Positions 40,767 to 51,006 are shown, counted from the stretch's first letter. The stretch is 64,000 nt of DNA from Terriglobales bacterium (GCA_036271375.1 DATBAT010000258.1:14813-78812); one strand, 5' to 3'. Notes: generated by a model from the sequence alone, not told the origin. A program made the numbers and translations.

Positions 40767-43668
40767 ACGCTGGCGGCGGCTGGAGGAGTTGTATCACGCA
40801 TCGCTGGAGGTGGAGTCCGGCCGCCGGGCGGCGTTCGTGAAAGCAGCCTGCGGATCCGACCAGGCGCTGCGGCGTGAGTTGGATTCCCTGCTGGCTCATC
40901 AGAAGCAATCGGAAAAATTTATCGAAGATCCGGCGTTCGAAGTTGCCGCCCGGATGATCGCCAATGACACGACGGTGCGGCCTGACACCGATCCGGTGAC
41001 GCCGGGAACCGTGGTCTCGCACTTTCGCGTGCAGGAAAAAATTGGGCGCGGCGGCATGGGCGTGGTTTATCGAGCCGAGGATATTTCTCTCGGTCGGCCG
41101 GTGGCGCTGAAATTTCTTTACTCCGACATTTCCGAAAAAATGCAATCGGTGGAACGGCTGCGCCGCGAGGCGCAGGCGGCTTCGGCGCTGAATCACCCGA
41201 ACATCTGCACTATTTATGAAATTGGCAGCGGCGAGCATCCGTTCATTGCAATGGAGCTGGTGGAGGGGCAGACGCTGGAGCAGCGCCTCAAGAAGGGGCC
41301 GCTTCCCGGCGAGCAGCTTTTGCGCTATGCCATCCAGATCGCGCAAGCCCTGGCCAAAGCCCACAAGGCAGGATTTACTCATCGTGATCTGAAACCCGCC
41401 AACATCATGCTGACGCGCAGCGGGGCCAAGCTCATGGACTTTGGCCTGGCGAAGCGAACGGGAAGAGTGTTCAGCACTGAGCAGGCAGGGGAGACCCCGG
41501 CCAACGATACCAAGCTGACCGGCGCGGGCACACTGGTCGGGACATTTCAATACATGGCTCCCGAACAACTGGAAGGAAAAGACACCGATGGGAGGACCGA
41601 CATCTTCGCCCTGGGGGAAGTGATTTATGAGATGGCGACGGGAAAGCAGGCGTTTACCGGGAAGAGTCGGGCCAGCCTGATCGCAGCCATTCTCAATGAT
41701 GAACCACTGGCCGCGATCGGATTGCAGGCCCTCACCCCACCGGCGTTGACGCGGCTGGTCATTAAGTGCCTGGCGAAAGATCCGGAAGAGCGTTGGCAGA
41801 GTGCGAGTGATCTGGCTACGGAGTTGGAGTGGATCGCATCCGGAGAATCCCTGGCCGCGGACTCGGCCAAGCGTTCGCGCAAGCTGGCATACCTTTATGG
41901 GGCGGCAGCGGTTTCGTTTCTGCTGGTGGCCGGTTTGGGTGGGGCCTTCTATTGGCGGAGCGCGCCCGGGCCGGCGCAACCGATCACGGCGCAGATTTCC
42001 CCACCGCGAAGCGCCAGCTTCAGATTTTCCGGTGGAATGGACGATCAGTCGCTGGCGATCGCTCCCGATGGTCACGCCCTGGTATTCAGCGCGCAGGACG
42101 ACAACGGAAAGACCATGCTTTGGGTCCGCCCCATTGAATCGTCTGAGGCCCGGCCACTGCCCGGGACCGAGGGTGCCAGCGATGTTTTCTGGTCTCCGGA
42201 TAGCCGCAATTTAGGATTTTTTGCCACCGGGAACCTGGAAAAAATGGAAGTCGCCGCCGGGCAGCGGGAGGTGATTGCAGCCGTTCCATTTGATGTTGGA
42301 GGAAGCTGGGGGGCGGATGGCAACATCGTATTCGCGGACAATGAAAAAGGCCTCTTCAGAGTTCCAGCCTCGGGCGGGGCGGCAACGCCGGTGGTTCAGA
42401 CCGATGGCTCGAATGTGACCCTCTGCGCGCGGCCGCAATTCCTGCCCGATGGCAAACAGGTCCTGTATTTCAGTAGCGGACCCAAAGCGGAGATGACTGG
42501 CACCTGGTTATCTTCGCTCGATGGAAAACAGAAGAAATTACTGCTGCGCGGCGCGCAGGCAAAGTACTCGGCGGGATTTCTGCTTTACATGCTGGGCAAA
42601 CAGTTGATGGCGCAGCCCTTCGATCCGGTGAGGGGCGATCTGAGAGGAGAACCGACGCCGCTCCTCGACGACATATCTGTGGGGCCGGGAGGGGCGCTGT
42701 TCTCGGTCTCAGAAAAATATTTGCTCTACCAGGGAGGCGAGCGAGCACAACAAAAACAGCTTGCCTGGTTCGACCGGTCAGGCCGGAGCCTGGGGGCAAC
42801 GGGCGATTTGGCGGACTATTTCGATGTGCGCCTGTCACCGGACGGGGAGAAGCTGGCGGCGAATGCGGGCTCGCCATACAGCGAGATTTGGGTGCACGAT
42901 CTGGCGCATCCTGTCTTGACCCGGCTGACCATTGATCCCGACAGCGACCATGGCATTCCCGTGTGGTCACCCGACAGCACACGGGTCGCGTACTCGTCTC
43001 TTTCGGGGAAGGCGCGATCCGGGATTTATGAGAAACGCGGCAACGGGGCCGGCAACGATGAGCTGCTGCTCGGCGCCACCGATGCCGACGCCGGCCTGCT
43101 GCCGACCAGCTGGACGAATGATGGAAAATTTCTGCTCTACACGCGAGGGAGAATTCCGCAGCATTCGGGACTCTGGGTGCTTCCGCTTACCGGAGATCGA
43201 AAACCCATCGCTCTTGCCGATGCGCCGGCGGCAGCTGAGGAGGGAGTGTTTTCTCGTGATAACAAATGGATTGCTTACGTGTCGCGCGAATCCGGGACCG
43301 ACGAAATCTACGTTATGCCGTTTGACGAGGGCAGCCTGGGGCGTGCCGCCACAGCGCAAAAACCGGGCGGCAGTAAATGGCAGATATCCACGCGGGGCGG
43401 ACGAAGTCCTCGTTGGCGTGCCGATGGCAAGGAATTGTTCTGGCTTTCGCCGACCGGGCAGATGATGTCCGCGAAATTGGGAGTTAGAGATCAGGGAATC
43501 GAAGTGCACACGCCGGAGATTTTGTTTCGCACCCAGGTGGACAACATTATTTTTGAACCCTACGATGTCACGCCGGATGGAAAGAAATTCGTGATCAATA
43601 CCGGAAATGGCACTGATGATTCGTTGATGCTTACAGCGAACTGGACCGCGTTGGTGAAGAGCCGTTGA
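40753..43668 (+). CDS. Ser/Thr protein kinase - TM - TolB-like PD40/WD40 beta-propeller fusion
   Basis: 'GRGGMGVVYRAED', 'VALKFL', 'HRDLKPANIML', 'MDFGLAK' and 'MAPEQLEG'. TM 'LAYLYGAAAVSFLLVAGLGGAFYW'. Repeated PD40 motifs ('WSPDSRNLGF', 'FLPDGKQVLYF', 'LSPDGEKLA', 'WSPDSTRVAY', 'WRADGKELFW'). Overlaps the ECF gene by 14 nt. Confidence 0.9.
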   Translation: MMDAERWRRLEELYHASLEVESGRRAAFVKAACGSDQALRRELDSLLAHQKQSEKFIEDPAFEVAARMIANDTTVRPDTDPVTPGTVVSHFRVQEKIGRGGMGVVYRAEDISLGRPVALKFLYSDISEKMQSVERLRREAQAASALNHPNICTIYEIGSGEHPFIAMELVEGQTLEQRLKKGPLPGEQLLRYAIQIAQALAKAHKAGFTHRDLKPANIMLTRSGAKLMDFGLAKRTGRVFSTEQAGETPANDTKLTGAGTLVGTFQYMAPEQLEGKDTDGRTDIFALGEVIYEMATGKQAFTGKSRASLIAAILNDEPLAAIGLQALTPPALTRLVIKCLAKDPEERWQSASDLATELEWIASGESLAADSAKRSRKLAYLYGAAAVSFLLVAGLGGAFYWRSAPGPAQPITAQISPPRSASFRFSGGMDDQSLAIAPDGHALVFSAQDDNGKTMLWVRPIESSEARPLPGTEGASDVFWSPDSRNLGFFATGNLEKMEVAAGQREVIAAVPFDVGGSWGADGNIVFADNEKGLFRVPASGGAATPVVQTDGSNVTLCARPQFLPDGKQVLYFSSGPKAEMTGTWLSSLDGKQKKLLLRGAQAKYSAGFLLYMLGKQLMAQPFDPVRGDLRGEPTPLLDDISVGPGGALFSVSEKYLLYQGGERAQQKQLAWFDRSGRSLGATGDLADYFDVRLSPDGEKLAANAGSPYSEIWVHDLAHPVLTRLTIDPDSDHGIPVWSPDSTRVAYSSLSGKARSGIYEKRGNGAGNDELLLGATDADAGLLPTSWTNDGKFLLYTRGRIPQHSGLWVLPLTGDRKPIALADAPAAAEEGVFSRDNKWIAYVSRESGTDEIYVMPFDEGSLGRAATAQKPGGSKWQISTRGGRSPRWRADGKELFWLSPTGQMMSAKLGVRDQGIEVHTPEILFRTQVDNIIFEPYDVTPDGKKFVINTGNGTDDSLMLTANWTALVKSR

Positions 43669-43894
43669 CCTTTCGCCAGCCCATTGCGGTAGAAGAGCTA
43701 AGTCCCACTCTAATCCGCGAACTCCCTTCGAGGCAGGCCTGGCGCGTCCAGATCGGTGGTATCGTGTTCGTCAACCACGTGTTACCTGTCCCTTGGTGAC
43801 CTACCTAGCTCGAATGAATTCTCGTATCATGAAGGAATTGCAGAGTCGGTGGGTGAGCGCAAAGCCGCTCTAAGTCACAGGGTTACAGTCCCTT

Positions 43895-45211
43895 ATGTTA
43901 GCCACCCCCGCGGGACCATCCATGCCAATTGCCAAGACACTTCTTTTTGCGCTCGCGGGATCCCTGCTGACCTGCGTTTTTACCGCGCCCCTACTCGCCG
44001 AGACGGCGGGCAGCGCAGATGCGTTTGTCGACAGCGTGGGGGTGAATATCCACCTGCACTATTCGAACACCTCCTACTCTGATTTTCCTCATGTCAAACA
44101 GGCGTTGAAAGATCTCGGAGTGCGCCATGTGCGCGACGGGCTGGTGGACACCAAGTGGAAGGACTACTACACCCGCCATAACGATCTGGGCAGCGCTGGC
44201 ATCAAGGGGCTTTTTATCACCGCGCCTAACGAGAGCGATGACCTGCTGCTCGATTACCCCGAGCGCATGAAGCAGAGTTTCGAGGGCTACGAAGCGCCCA
44301 ATGAGTACGATCAGAGTCGCGATTCCAACTGGCCGGCGACGCTTTCCCAGTTCATCACGCGGCTGAACAAGACGGTGAAGGGCGACCCGAATACGTCGCG
44401 CTTTCAAGTGATTGGACCTTCGTTTACCAGCCAGCGGTCGTACCAGCAGATGCGAGGCGTGTGCTCTTTCGATTTTTCGAACCTGCACAATTATTTTGGA
44501 GGGCGCAATCCCGGCACTGACGGATGGGGTTCGAACGGCTATGGCAGTTACGCATGGAACCTTTCCAACGCCAGTTCGGCATGCCCCGGGAAAGCGGTGA
44601 TCAGTACCGAGACCGGCTACCAGACCGACCCCACGCTGACCCAGGGAATCAGCGACGAAGTGGCGGGCAAGTATCTTCCCCGGTTGCTGCTGGAGCAATG
44701 GATGCATGGCATCCAGCGCACCTATGTTTATGAGCTGATCGATCTTCCGGACATGGGGTCGGGCGACAAGGCGTTTGGGCTGGTGCGTTCCGATTTTTCG
44801 CAGAAGCCTTCCTACATGGCGCTGATGAACCTGCTGCACCTGCTGTCCGATCCGGGAGAGGCCTACACTGGCAAAGATTTTGGCTTCAGCCTGAGTGGCG
44901 AAGTGGCTGACGTGCAGCACGTCCTGTTGCAGAAGCGTGACGGGACGTTCTTCATCGCCTTGTGGATTGAGAAACCTGGCTACAACGTGAATCACAAGCA
45001 GGTGGTCAACGTGCCGACGCAAAACGTCACCCTGCAAACCGACAAGGCGGTAGCCATGGTGGCCCACTCCTTTGGAACCTCGGGCAATGTCAGGGTCAGC
45101 GCGCTGGACCTGGGCACGAGCCACTCGTTAAAGTTGAGCGACTACGTGACCGTGCTTGAAATTGACGGACTACGCCCGCTGCCTCCGGTGCTGCACGCGG
45201 TCGTACACTAA
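43895..45211 (+). CDS. Secreted clan GH-A-like (TIM-barrel) glycoside hydrolase candidate
   Basis: Signal peptide (MPIAKTLLFALAGSLLTCVFTAPLLA; alternative start ATG 43922). Candidate acid/base 'EGYEAPNEYD' and nucleophile 'VISTETGY' motifs spaced as in GH5/39/79-type enzymes. Confidence 0.55.
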   Translation: MLATPAGPSMPIAKTLLFALAGSLLTCVFTAPLLAETAGSADAFVDSVGVNIHLHYSNTSYSDFPHVKQALKDLGVRHVRDGLVDTKWKDYYTRHNDLGSAGIKGLFITAPNESDDLLLDYPERMKQSFEGYEAPNEYDQSRDSNWPATLSQFITRLNKTVKGDPNTSRFQVIGPSFTSQRSYQQMRGVCSFDFSNLHNYFGGRNPGTDGWGSNGYGSYAWNLSNASSACPGKAVISTETGYQTDPTLTQGISDEVAGKYLPRLLLEQWMHGIQRTYVYELIDLPDMGSGDKAFGLVRSDFSQKPSYMALMNLLHLLSDPGEAYTGKDFGFSLSGEVADVQHVLLQKRDGTFFIALWIEKPGYNVNHKQVVNVPTQNVTLQTDKAVAMVAHSFGTSGNVRVSALDLGTSHSLKLSDYVTVLEIDGLRPLPPVLHAVVH

Positions 45212-45257
45212 TCCTCTTATCTGCTTGAAGCCTGCCGTAAGTACTTTAGATTCACGC

Positions 45258-45297
45258 GTCTTTACAAAACGTTCCGCGTGGAACGTTTTGTAAAGAC
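45258..45297. terminator. Perfect 40-nt palindrome (18-bp stem, GCGT loop), palindromic element copy B; likely bidirectional terminator
   Basis: GTCTTTACAAAACGTTCC-GCGT-GGAACGTTTTGTAAAGAC sits between convergent genes (ends at 45211 and 45380). It shares a 29-mer with 37514-37542. Confidence 0.6.
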
Positions 45298-45379
45298 CCT
45301 AAGCTCCTGATTACAGGTGGCTTAAGGAAATATTTACAATAATGTATGTACATTTGCCGGGAAAACCGGAAGCACTTCC

Positions 45380-46570
45380 CTACTGAAGAATCTCAGCGTA
45401 GACGGCTTCGACGCGGCGGGCGGTCTGGTCGAGGGTGAAATGGTCAGAGACGCGTTGGCGACCGCGCACGCCCATTTCTTTAGAGGCGGCGGGATCGGAA
45501 ATAATGCGGCACATAGCTTCGGCCATGGCCTCGACGTCGCCCATAGGCACCAGAATCCCGGTGCGGCCATTTTCCACAATTTCGGGCACGCCGCCGCCGT
45601 CGGTGGCGACCACCGGCTTGCCGGCGGCCATGCCTTCGATGATGACCTGACCGAAGGGCTCACCCTTGGTGGAGGCGTGGACCAGCATGTCCAGTTCTCC
45701 CACCGCCTTCTTTATATCGCTGCGGAAGCCGGTAAATTCCACGACGCCCGCGATGCCCAGTTCCGCGGGCAATTTCCGCACTTCCTGCTCGTACTCGTCT
45801 TCGTCGAACAGGGCCGCGCCAATAATCAGGAAGCGCGCGTTGGGAAAGCGCTGGTGGACCAGGGCCGCCGCCTTGATGAAGATGTCCTGACCCTTCCAGG
45901 GAGAGATGCGGCCCACCAGTCCGATGCGAAATTCGTTTTCGGAAGAGATCTTCTCACCAGACAGGCTCTCGCTGGTGCCATCGTGGACGACCACGCTGCG
46001 CCCGCCGAATTCGATGCCTGACGGAATGGCGGTACCGCGCACCACGTTGCCCAGGTGAAGGGTGCTCAGGGTGGCGGCCGAGTTAGCGATGACGTAGGTG
46101 GGAATCACCTGGCAGAGAAAGCGGAAAAGCCGTACCACCGATTTCGGGAGGTAGTCGTCCTCGATGCGGTCGCGCACGTGCCACACCACCGGGCAGGGGG
46201 CAAGACGAGCGGCGATGCCGCCGATGATATCGGCTTTCAGCGAATTGGTGTGCACCACGGAAATATTGCGCTCGCGGATAAGCCGGGTGAGTTGGTTGAC
46301 ATATTTAGCGACCCGCAAACCATCCCTCACACGCAGCAACGTCCCGAAGCCGAGCTTGTCTTTCTTCTGCGTGCGCACCGAGGGTGACAATGGCAGCACC
46401 TGGGTTTCGACGATGGGGCGGAGTTGTTCAGCCAGAGGGCCCTCGGCTCCGAGCACCACCAGGGATTTAATGTTCTCCGGATTCAGATGGCTGACCAAGT
46501 TGGCCAACGCGATTTCTCCTCCGCCCAGCGCGGCGGTGTGGTCGAAGAAGAGCACGCGGATATCGGACAT
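45380..46570 (-). CDS. Glycosyltransferase family 4
   Basis: Start at ATG 46570 (MSDIRVLFFDHTAALGGGEIAL). C-terminal 'GEPFGQVIIEGMAAGKPVVATDGGGVPEIVENGRTGILVP' GT4 signature. Confidence 0.85.
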   Translation of the reverse strand: MSDIRVLFFDHTAALGGGEIALANLVSHLNPENIKSLVVLGAEGPLAEQLRPIVETQVLPLSPSVRTQKKDKLGFGTLLRVRDGLRVAKYVNQLTRLIRERNISVVHTNSLKADIIGGIAARLAPCPVVWHVRDRIEDDYLPKSVVRLFRFLCQVIPTYVIANSAATLSTLHLGNVVRGTAIPSGIEFGGRSVVVHDGTSESLSGEKISSENEFRIGLVGRISPWKGQDIFIKAAALVHQRFPNARFLIIGAALFDEDEYEQEVRKLPAELGIAGVVEFTGFRSDIKKAVGELDMLVHASTKGEPFGQVIIEGMAAGKPVVATDGGGVPEIVENGRTGILVPMGDVEAMAEAMCRIISDPAASKEMGVRGRQRVSDHFTLDQTARRVEAVYAEILQ

Positions 46571-46592
46571 TGCTTTTACCTTTGACAGATTG

Positions 46593-47438
46593 CTAAGCGA
46601 TGCGGTCGATGAATGTTTCACCAAGAGAGTCAGGCCGTAATTTCTCCGCCGAAGCTCTTGAAGCTAAATCACCAACACTGGACTGGCTATCTGAGGGCCT
46701 ACGGGCATAAAACGTCAACTCCCCTCGTTCCCACCTATCAAATCCATGTGTGACTTTCTCGACTGTCGCCGTACAGCCCGGCTTGATACGGTCATGGGTT
46801 TCAATGGCAATCGTTTCTATCCGGTCGATCCAGCCGCATTCTTCGAAAACCTCTTTTTCTGCGCCCTCAATGTCGATTTTGAGAAGATCGACTTTTTCGA
46901 TGCCAAATTCGGATAGTAGCGTGGGAATGGTGACTGCCCTGCTCCTGCCCTCTGAGGAGGTAACACTGAATGCCCATTTATCTCTGGAATCGCTATTTGG
47001 CAAGCCCAAACTTACGGTCCCATCAACTCTCCATAGCGCGGCTTGAATGGGCACGATGTTCGGATACGGCGCGATATTCCTGAGCATCGTGAGGTAATTT
47101 GAGTTTTCTGGCTCAATCGCAATAATTCGGGCGTGGGGATATTGTGTTGCAAAGTAGATGGCGGTGAGGCCAATGTTTGCACCAGCATCGACTATCGTGA
47201 GTGGAACTTTCTTCGGTAGTTCGACGTGGTATTCCTTGGAAAGAAGGACAAAGTTGTACACAAGCACATCAGAGGTTCTCACTCGGAGGAAAATGGGATG
47301 TTTCAGTCCGGGAGGGTGTACCCTTACTTCTTCTGGCCAACCAAACAAATAGTGGCCAAGAGCGGCGGCAAATCCCCGAATCCCGAGGGTCTTGTAATAG
47401 AAATGTGCTCCGCTCAGCGTCTCATTCTTGCTCGCCAT
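46593..47438 (-). CDS. FkbM-family SAM-dependent methyltransferase
   Basis: 'TIVDAGANIGLTAIYFATQYPHARIIAIEPENSNYLTMLRNI...VDLLKIDIEGAEKEVF' is typical of FkbM. Confidence 0.85.
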   Translation of the reverse strand: MASKNETLSGAHFYYKTLGIRGFAAALGHYLFGWPEEVRVHPPGLKHPIFLRVRTSDVLVYNFVLLSKEYHVELPKKVPLTIVDAGANIGLTAIYFATQYPHARIIAIEPENSNYLTMLRNIAPYPNIVPIQAALWRVDGTVSLGLPNSDSRDKWAFSVTSSEGRSRAVTIPTLLSEFGIEKVDLLKIDIEGAEKEVFEECGWIDRIETIAIETHDRIKPGCTATVEKVTHGFDRWERGELTFYARRPSDSQSSVGDLASRASAEKLRPDSLGETFIDRIA

Positions 47439-47447
47439 AAGGTTGCC

Positions 47448-48500
47448 TCACATGTACCGTAGGTTAATCACTCGATTCGCAAGTGCCACGGATAGCTTCT
47501 GTGGAAGGATGCGAATTCCTAAAATTACGAGTGCCATGACGATCCGCTTAAGCGGATGGCGGACCTTGAAGGTTGACTTCAAGTGTGCAATAAATCCGGG
47601 CGCCGCCCCTGTGCTGGAAAGTTGATAGGCAAGGTATTCCAAAGTAAGGATTCTCCAATTTGAGTTCCGCCACCGGCTTGCGCGGCCGTCAAGTCCCAAG
47701 GAGTTGGAAATCTCCGCTAGCCGCTTCATGCGAGTCTCGTAGTGGCCAAGAACCATTCGAATGTTTCCGACGGTCATGGGGACCCATCCGCAGGTCATGT
47801 TCGCGCCATGCAACCGGTAGGCAGCTTTCACCTCATCAAGAACGACGACTTCGCCAAACAGAGGCGCCGCGTCCATGAGGAAGGTTTCCGACCCGATGGT
47901 TCGTCGAGTCTCGGGCAAGGGAAAGACACGATCCAAAAAGTTACGCGACCAAGCATTCCCGGAATTAGGCGTTGAGACGTACGAGCCGGGCCCTCTTCGC
48001 AGCATCAGATCGCGCATCTCCCCAACATCTGCAGGCTTGCCGGGAATCCTTTCTCCGGAGGGCGTGGTTCCATTCAGCACGGTCATGTAAGTTTCAGACC
48101 GTACGACTCCCGGTTTGCGCAACGCACGCGCATGCGCCGCAACGGCGCCAGCCAGAAGATAGTCGTCGGCATCCAGAAAAATCACGATTGATCCCTTACA
48201 GAGATTGAAACCGTGATTCATCGAGGTGACCATGCCGCCATTGCTCTTGAACGAGGCGTGTAGACGATCAGAGTAGGAATCTATGACGCTTCGGGAATCG
48301 TCGGTCGAACCGTCATCCACCACGATCAATTCGATGGGTTGGTAGTCCTGCGCGAGGACGCTGTCGATGCACTCTTTCAGAAAGTGACCGTAGTTGTAGT
48401 TAAGGATAACGACGCTGACCAGATCGTTTTCCAGGAGGCGCAGTTTGTGCGGCTCGGGCTGCGTCGATACGACTGCGCGGACCGCGAGATTGTCTAGCAT
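47448..48500 (-). CDS. Glycosyltransferase family 2
   Basis: 'VSVVILNYNYGHFLKECIDSVLAQDYQPIELIVVDDGSTDDS' and the 'FLDADDYL' DxD motif. Confidence 0.88.
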   Translation of the reverse strand: MLDNLAVRAVVSTQPEPHKLRLLENDLVSVVILNYNYGHFLKECIDSVLAQDYQPIELIVVDDGSTDDSRSVIDSYSDRLHASFKSNGGMVTSMNHGFNLCKGSIVIFLDADDYLLAGAVAAHARALRKPGVVRSETYMTVLNGTTPSGERIPGKPADVGEMRDLMLRRGPGSYVSTPNSGNAWSRNFLDRVFPLPETRRTIGSETFLMDAAPLFGEVVVLDEVKAAYRLHGANMTCGWVPMTVGNIRMVLGHYETRMKRLAEISNSLGLDGRASRWRNSNWRILTLEYLAYQLSSTGAAPGFIAHLKSTFKVRHPLKRIVMALVILGIRILPQKLSVALANRVINLRYM

Positions 48501-49774
48501 GCGTCCCTTTCTTGTGCTTTCAATTTTTGATCTGTTTCTTCCCGAAGACTAATGATCTTGACCGCGCGATTCGACAGCAGGGTATCTTGGTCATTCGCTA
48601 GGGATCCGTAACTCAATGCTAGAGACGAAAGCCCTTCTTCCAAATTGAACTTGCTCTCGTAAAACTTTTCTAAGTGCTGGCGAGAACTGACCACTTTCCG
48701 CCCTTTCGCCGCGAGGATAGAATCGGCCCACAGCTCTGGTAAGTCCTCCAGGCTGAGAAACTGTGCCAGCTGGGAATCGACCACCGCTTCCTCGGGCACG
48801 CGATCGGAAATGAAGCAGGGAAGTCCTGCAGCTTGTGCCTCGACGGCAACCAAGCCCAGGCCTTCATAGCGTGACGGCAGCACGAAACAGTCCATGGCGC
48901 TGAGCATGATTTGAGGAACGGACAGGGTGTCCGGGACAAAGGTCACGCGTTTGCCCAATCCGCGGGCCTGAACTTCGGATTCCATTTGAGGCCTTAGCGG
49001 GCCGTCGCCGATCAGCAGAAAGTGAGCTTCCTCCGAATGCTTTACGACTTCAGCGCCAATCTGCAAAAGAAAGGCATGGTTCTTCTGTTCGTGGAAGCGA
49101 CCGACGTGGCCCACCACAAAAGCGCCGACGGGAATTCCCAGCGTCTTACGCAGACTTGGGTCAGGGGCCTGTGCGAACGGGGCGAAGTCGATACCGCAGT
49201 AAAGAAGCTGCCAGCGCTTATCGTGGCGCCATCCGGGGCCGAACATGGATATGGCGGCGCGCTCGCTGGCGGCAAAGCCGCGATCGGCAAAACGGCGGAG
49301 CGCGCGCAGAGTTAATCCCACATACGTCCGGTAGGCAGTGCCCCGGCCTTTGAGCAGAGGACGAATGTCGTTGTGGCTGTGAATGATGGTCTGCGGTATG
49401 CCCAGCCGCTTGGCGAACAGCAGCGCGAGTAGCCCGTTGGGATTGCTGCCGTGAACGTGCAGAACGTCGTAAGGTCCATTTTGCTGGACGATTTTTTGTA
49501 GATTGCTTCGGTACTTCAGGGGATGGTTGTAGTTCAGGCAAGGCAACACGCGAAAGCCGGCCTGGCGGAAGGCGGCGGTGAAGGGCTCCTCTTGTTCGGT
49601 GCGGACCAGGATGTGATGCTCGAAACGCCGGGCGTCGAATCGTTGCAGCATTTGATACAGCCACATCTCGATGCCGCCGCGCAGCAGATGGCCGACGCTG
49701 TGCAGCACGCGGATTCGTCCAGTCGCCTTACTTTCGGCTTCCGGAGTTGCGATCGTAGCCTGGGCAATTCTCAT
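48494..49774 (-). CDS. Glycosyltransferase family 4
   Basis: 'LIGDGPLRPQME...CFVLPSRYEGLGLVAVEAQAAGLPCFISDRVPEE' GT4 C-domain. Overlaps both neighbours. Confidence 0.85.
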   Translation of the reverse strand: MRIAQATIATPEAESKATGRIRVLHSVGHLLRGGIEMWLYQMLQRFDARRFEHHILVRTEQEEPFTAAFRQAGFRVLPCLNYNHPLKYRSNLQKIVQQNGPYDVLHVHGSNPNGLLALLFAKRLGIPQTIIHSHNDIRPLLKGRGTAYRTYVGLTLRALRRFADRGFAASERAAISMFGPGWRHDKRWQLLYCGIDFAPFAQAPDPSLRKTLGIPVGAFVVGHVGRFHEQKNHAFLLQIGAEVVKHSEEAHFLLIGDGPLRPQMESEVQARGLGKRVTFVPDTLSVPQIMLSAMDCFVLPSRYEGLGLVAVEAQAAGLPCFISDRVPEEAVVDSQLAQFLSLEDLPELWADSILAAKGRKVVSSRQHLEKFYESKFNLEEGLSSLALSYGSLANDQDTLLSNRAVKIISLREETDQKLKAQERDAC

Positions 49775-51006
49775 CCCGCGCTCCTGCTTAAGGCCGGAAC
49801 TTCCAGTTTGGGTGCCGCATTCGCTCTGGCTCGTTGGGATTCAATAGACACGCAGTGACCGGGCGAGGCCTTCCAGTGGCGGAGAAGCCAGCGGCGCGCT
49901 GGAGCCTCGACATATCGCTCAACTGCAAAAGAGCTCAAAAGCAATACCGGAAGGAACGACCAGAATTGCCAGGCAGGGTACCCTCTTTCGGTCACCTTGA
50001 TATGCGCCAGGAAGCTGACGAAGTGTTGCCACAAATGCCACATGGGCGCCTGAATAATGTAGAAGACATAACTCACTCTTCCCAGCGCGTTAAATACCGT
50101 TCCCCCGATGATTTTGGTTATTCCTCCCGATGTGCGGGCGCAAAACAGGACGACGGCCAACAAAAGAGGCGCGACACCACCAGTTACATAGATCTCGACC
50201 CAGGAGGCTGAACCCATAGCTAGAGCGACCAACGCAACGAGCGCGACCGCGGGCACCACGATAGCGGTTGCGGGTGCGGCACGGCGCGACGTCGGAAGAA
50301 GATTGACGGCGCAAATACCCATGACGAAAAGGGGCGCCCATAGCAGGGGGTTATTGGTTACGTAGATCTTCCAGGTGTTTAGAGAAATAAAACCCAGCGC
50401 GTGGCAGGCAGCTACGGTCGCCGGGGCCAACCAGGCGAACAGAAGAACCAACAAGGTCTTCTTGAAATTCAGAGCCTTGAGGCGGAAGACAATCAGAGGA
50501 AAGATCAGATACATGAAGGCTTCAACAGAAAGAGTCCAGCTTGGCCCATTCCAGGATTGCGCTAAGGGTGTCCAGGCCTGCAACATCAGGCTGTACAAGA
50601 CAGCGCTCAACGCAAAGGTCGCGGGGCCGTGCCCGCCAGCAGGCGAGTGCAGCAGATATTTTCCGATTGCGCCAGGAAGAAACAGCAGAAACCCAATCAT
50701 GTAAGCGGGGTACAGCCGCGCGAACCGCTCCCAGTAGAAGACTCGAATATTCGGGCCTTGAGAATCCTCTCTCATGTAACGATTGGCCAGGACAAATCCG
50801 GACAAAATGAAGAAGAAGTTCACGGCAGCCGGGCCGCAGTTCAATAGAGACCGCACCGCCAGCGGAAAATCGGCAAAGCCTGCCATCTTGCGAGCATAGT
50901 GATAGAACACCACACAAAGGGCGGCAAGAAAACGCAGGCCGTTCAGGGCCGTAAAGAACTCGGGTTTTCTCGCGCCGCCGGACGACATAAGTTCCTCGCG
51001 TTGCAC
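49771..51006 (-). CDS. Acyltransferase family 3 (polysaccharide O-acetyltransferase-like)
   Basis: 'LNGLRFLAALCVVFYHY' and about 10 TM segments. GTG start at 51006 overlaps the upstream stop; alternative ATG at 50988. Confidence 0.8.
   Translation of the reverse strand: MQREELMSSGGARKPEFFTALNGLRFLAALCVVFYHYARKMAGFADFPLAVRSLLNCGPAAVNFFFILSGFVLANRYMREDSQGPNIRVFYWERFARLYPAYMIGFLLFLPGAIGKYLLHSPAGGHGPATFALSAVLYSLMLQAWTPLAQSWNGPSWTLSVEAFMYLIFPLIVFRLKALNFKKTLLVLLFAWLAPATVAACHALGFISLNTWKIYVTNNPLLWAPLFVMGICAVNLLPTSRRAAPATAIVVPAVALVALVALAMGSASWVEIYVTGGVAPLLLAVVLFCARTSGGITKIIGGTVFNALGRVSYVFYIIQAPMWHLWQHFVSFLAHIKVTERGYPAWQFWSFLPVLLLSSFAVERYVEAPARRWLLRHWKASPGHCVSIESQRARANAAPKLEVPALSRSAG

Noticed and set aside
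40651-42075. 474-aa minus-strand ORF
   Set aside because: It is antisense to the well-supported ECF sigma / Ser-Thr kinase genes, and Arg/Gln/Pro-rich with no domain features.
43991-45124. 377-aa minus-strand ORF
   Set aside because: It is antisense to the signal-peptide-bearing GH-A-like gene. Arg/His/Gln/Val-rich shadow ORF.
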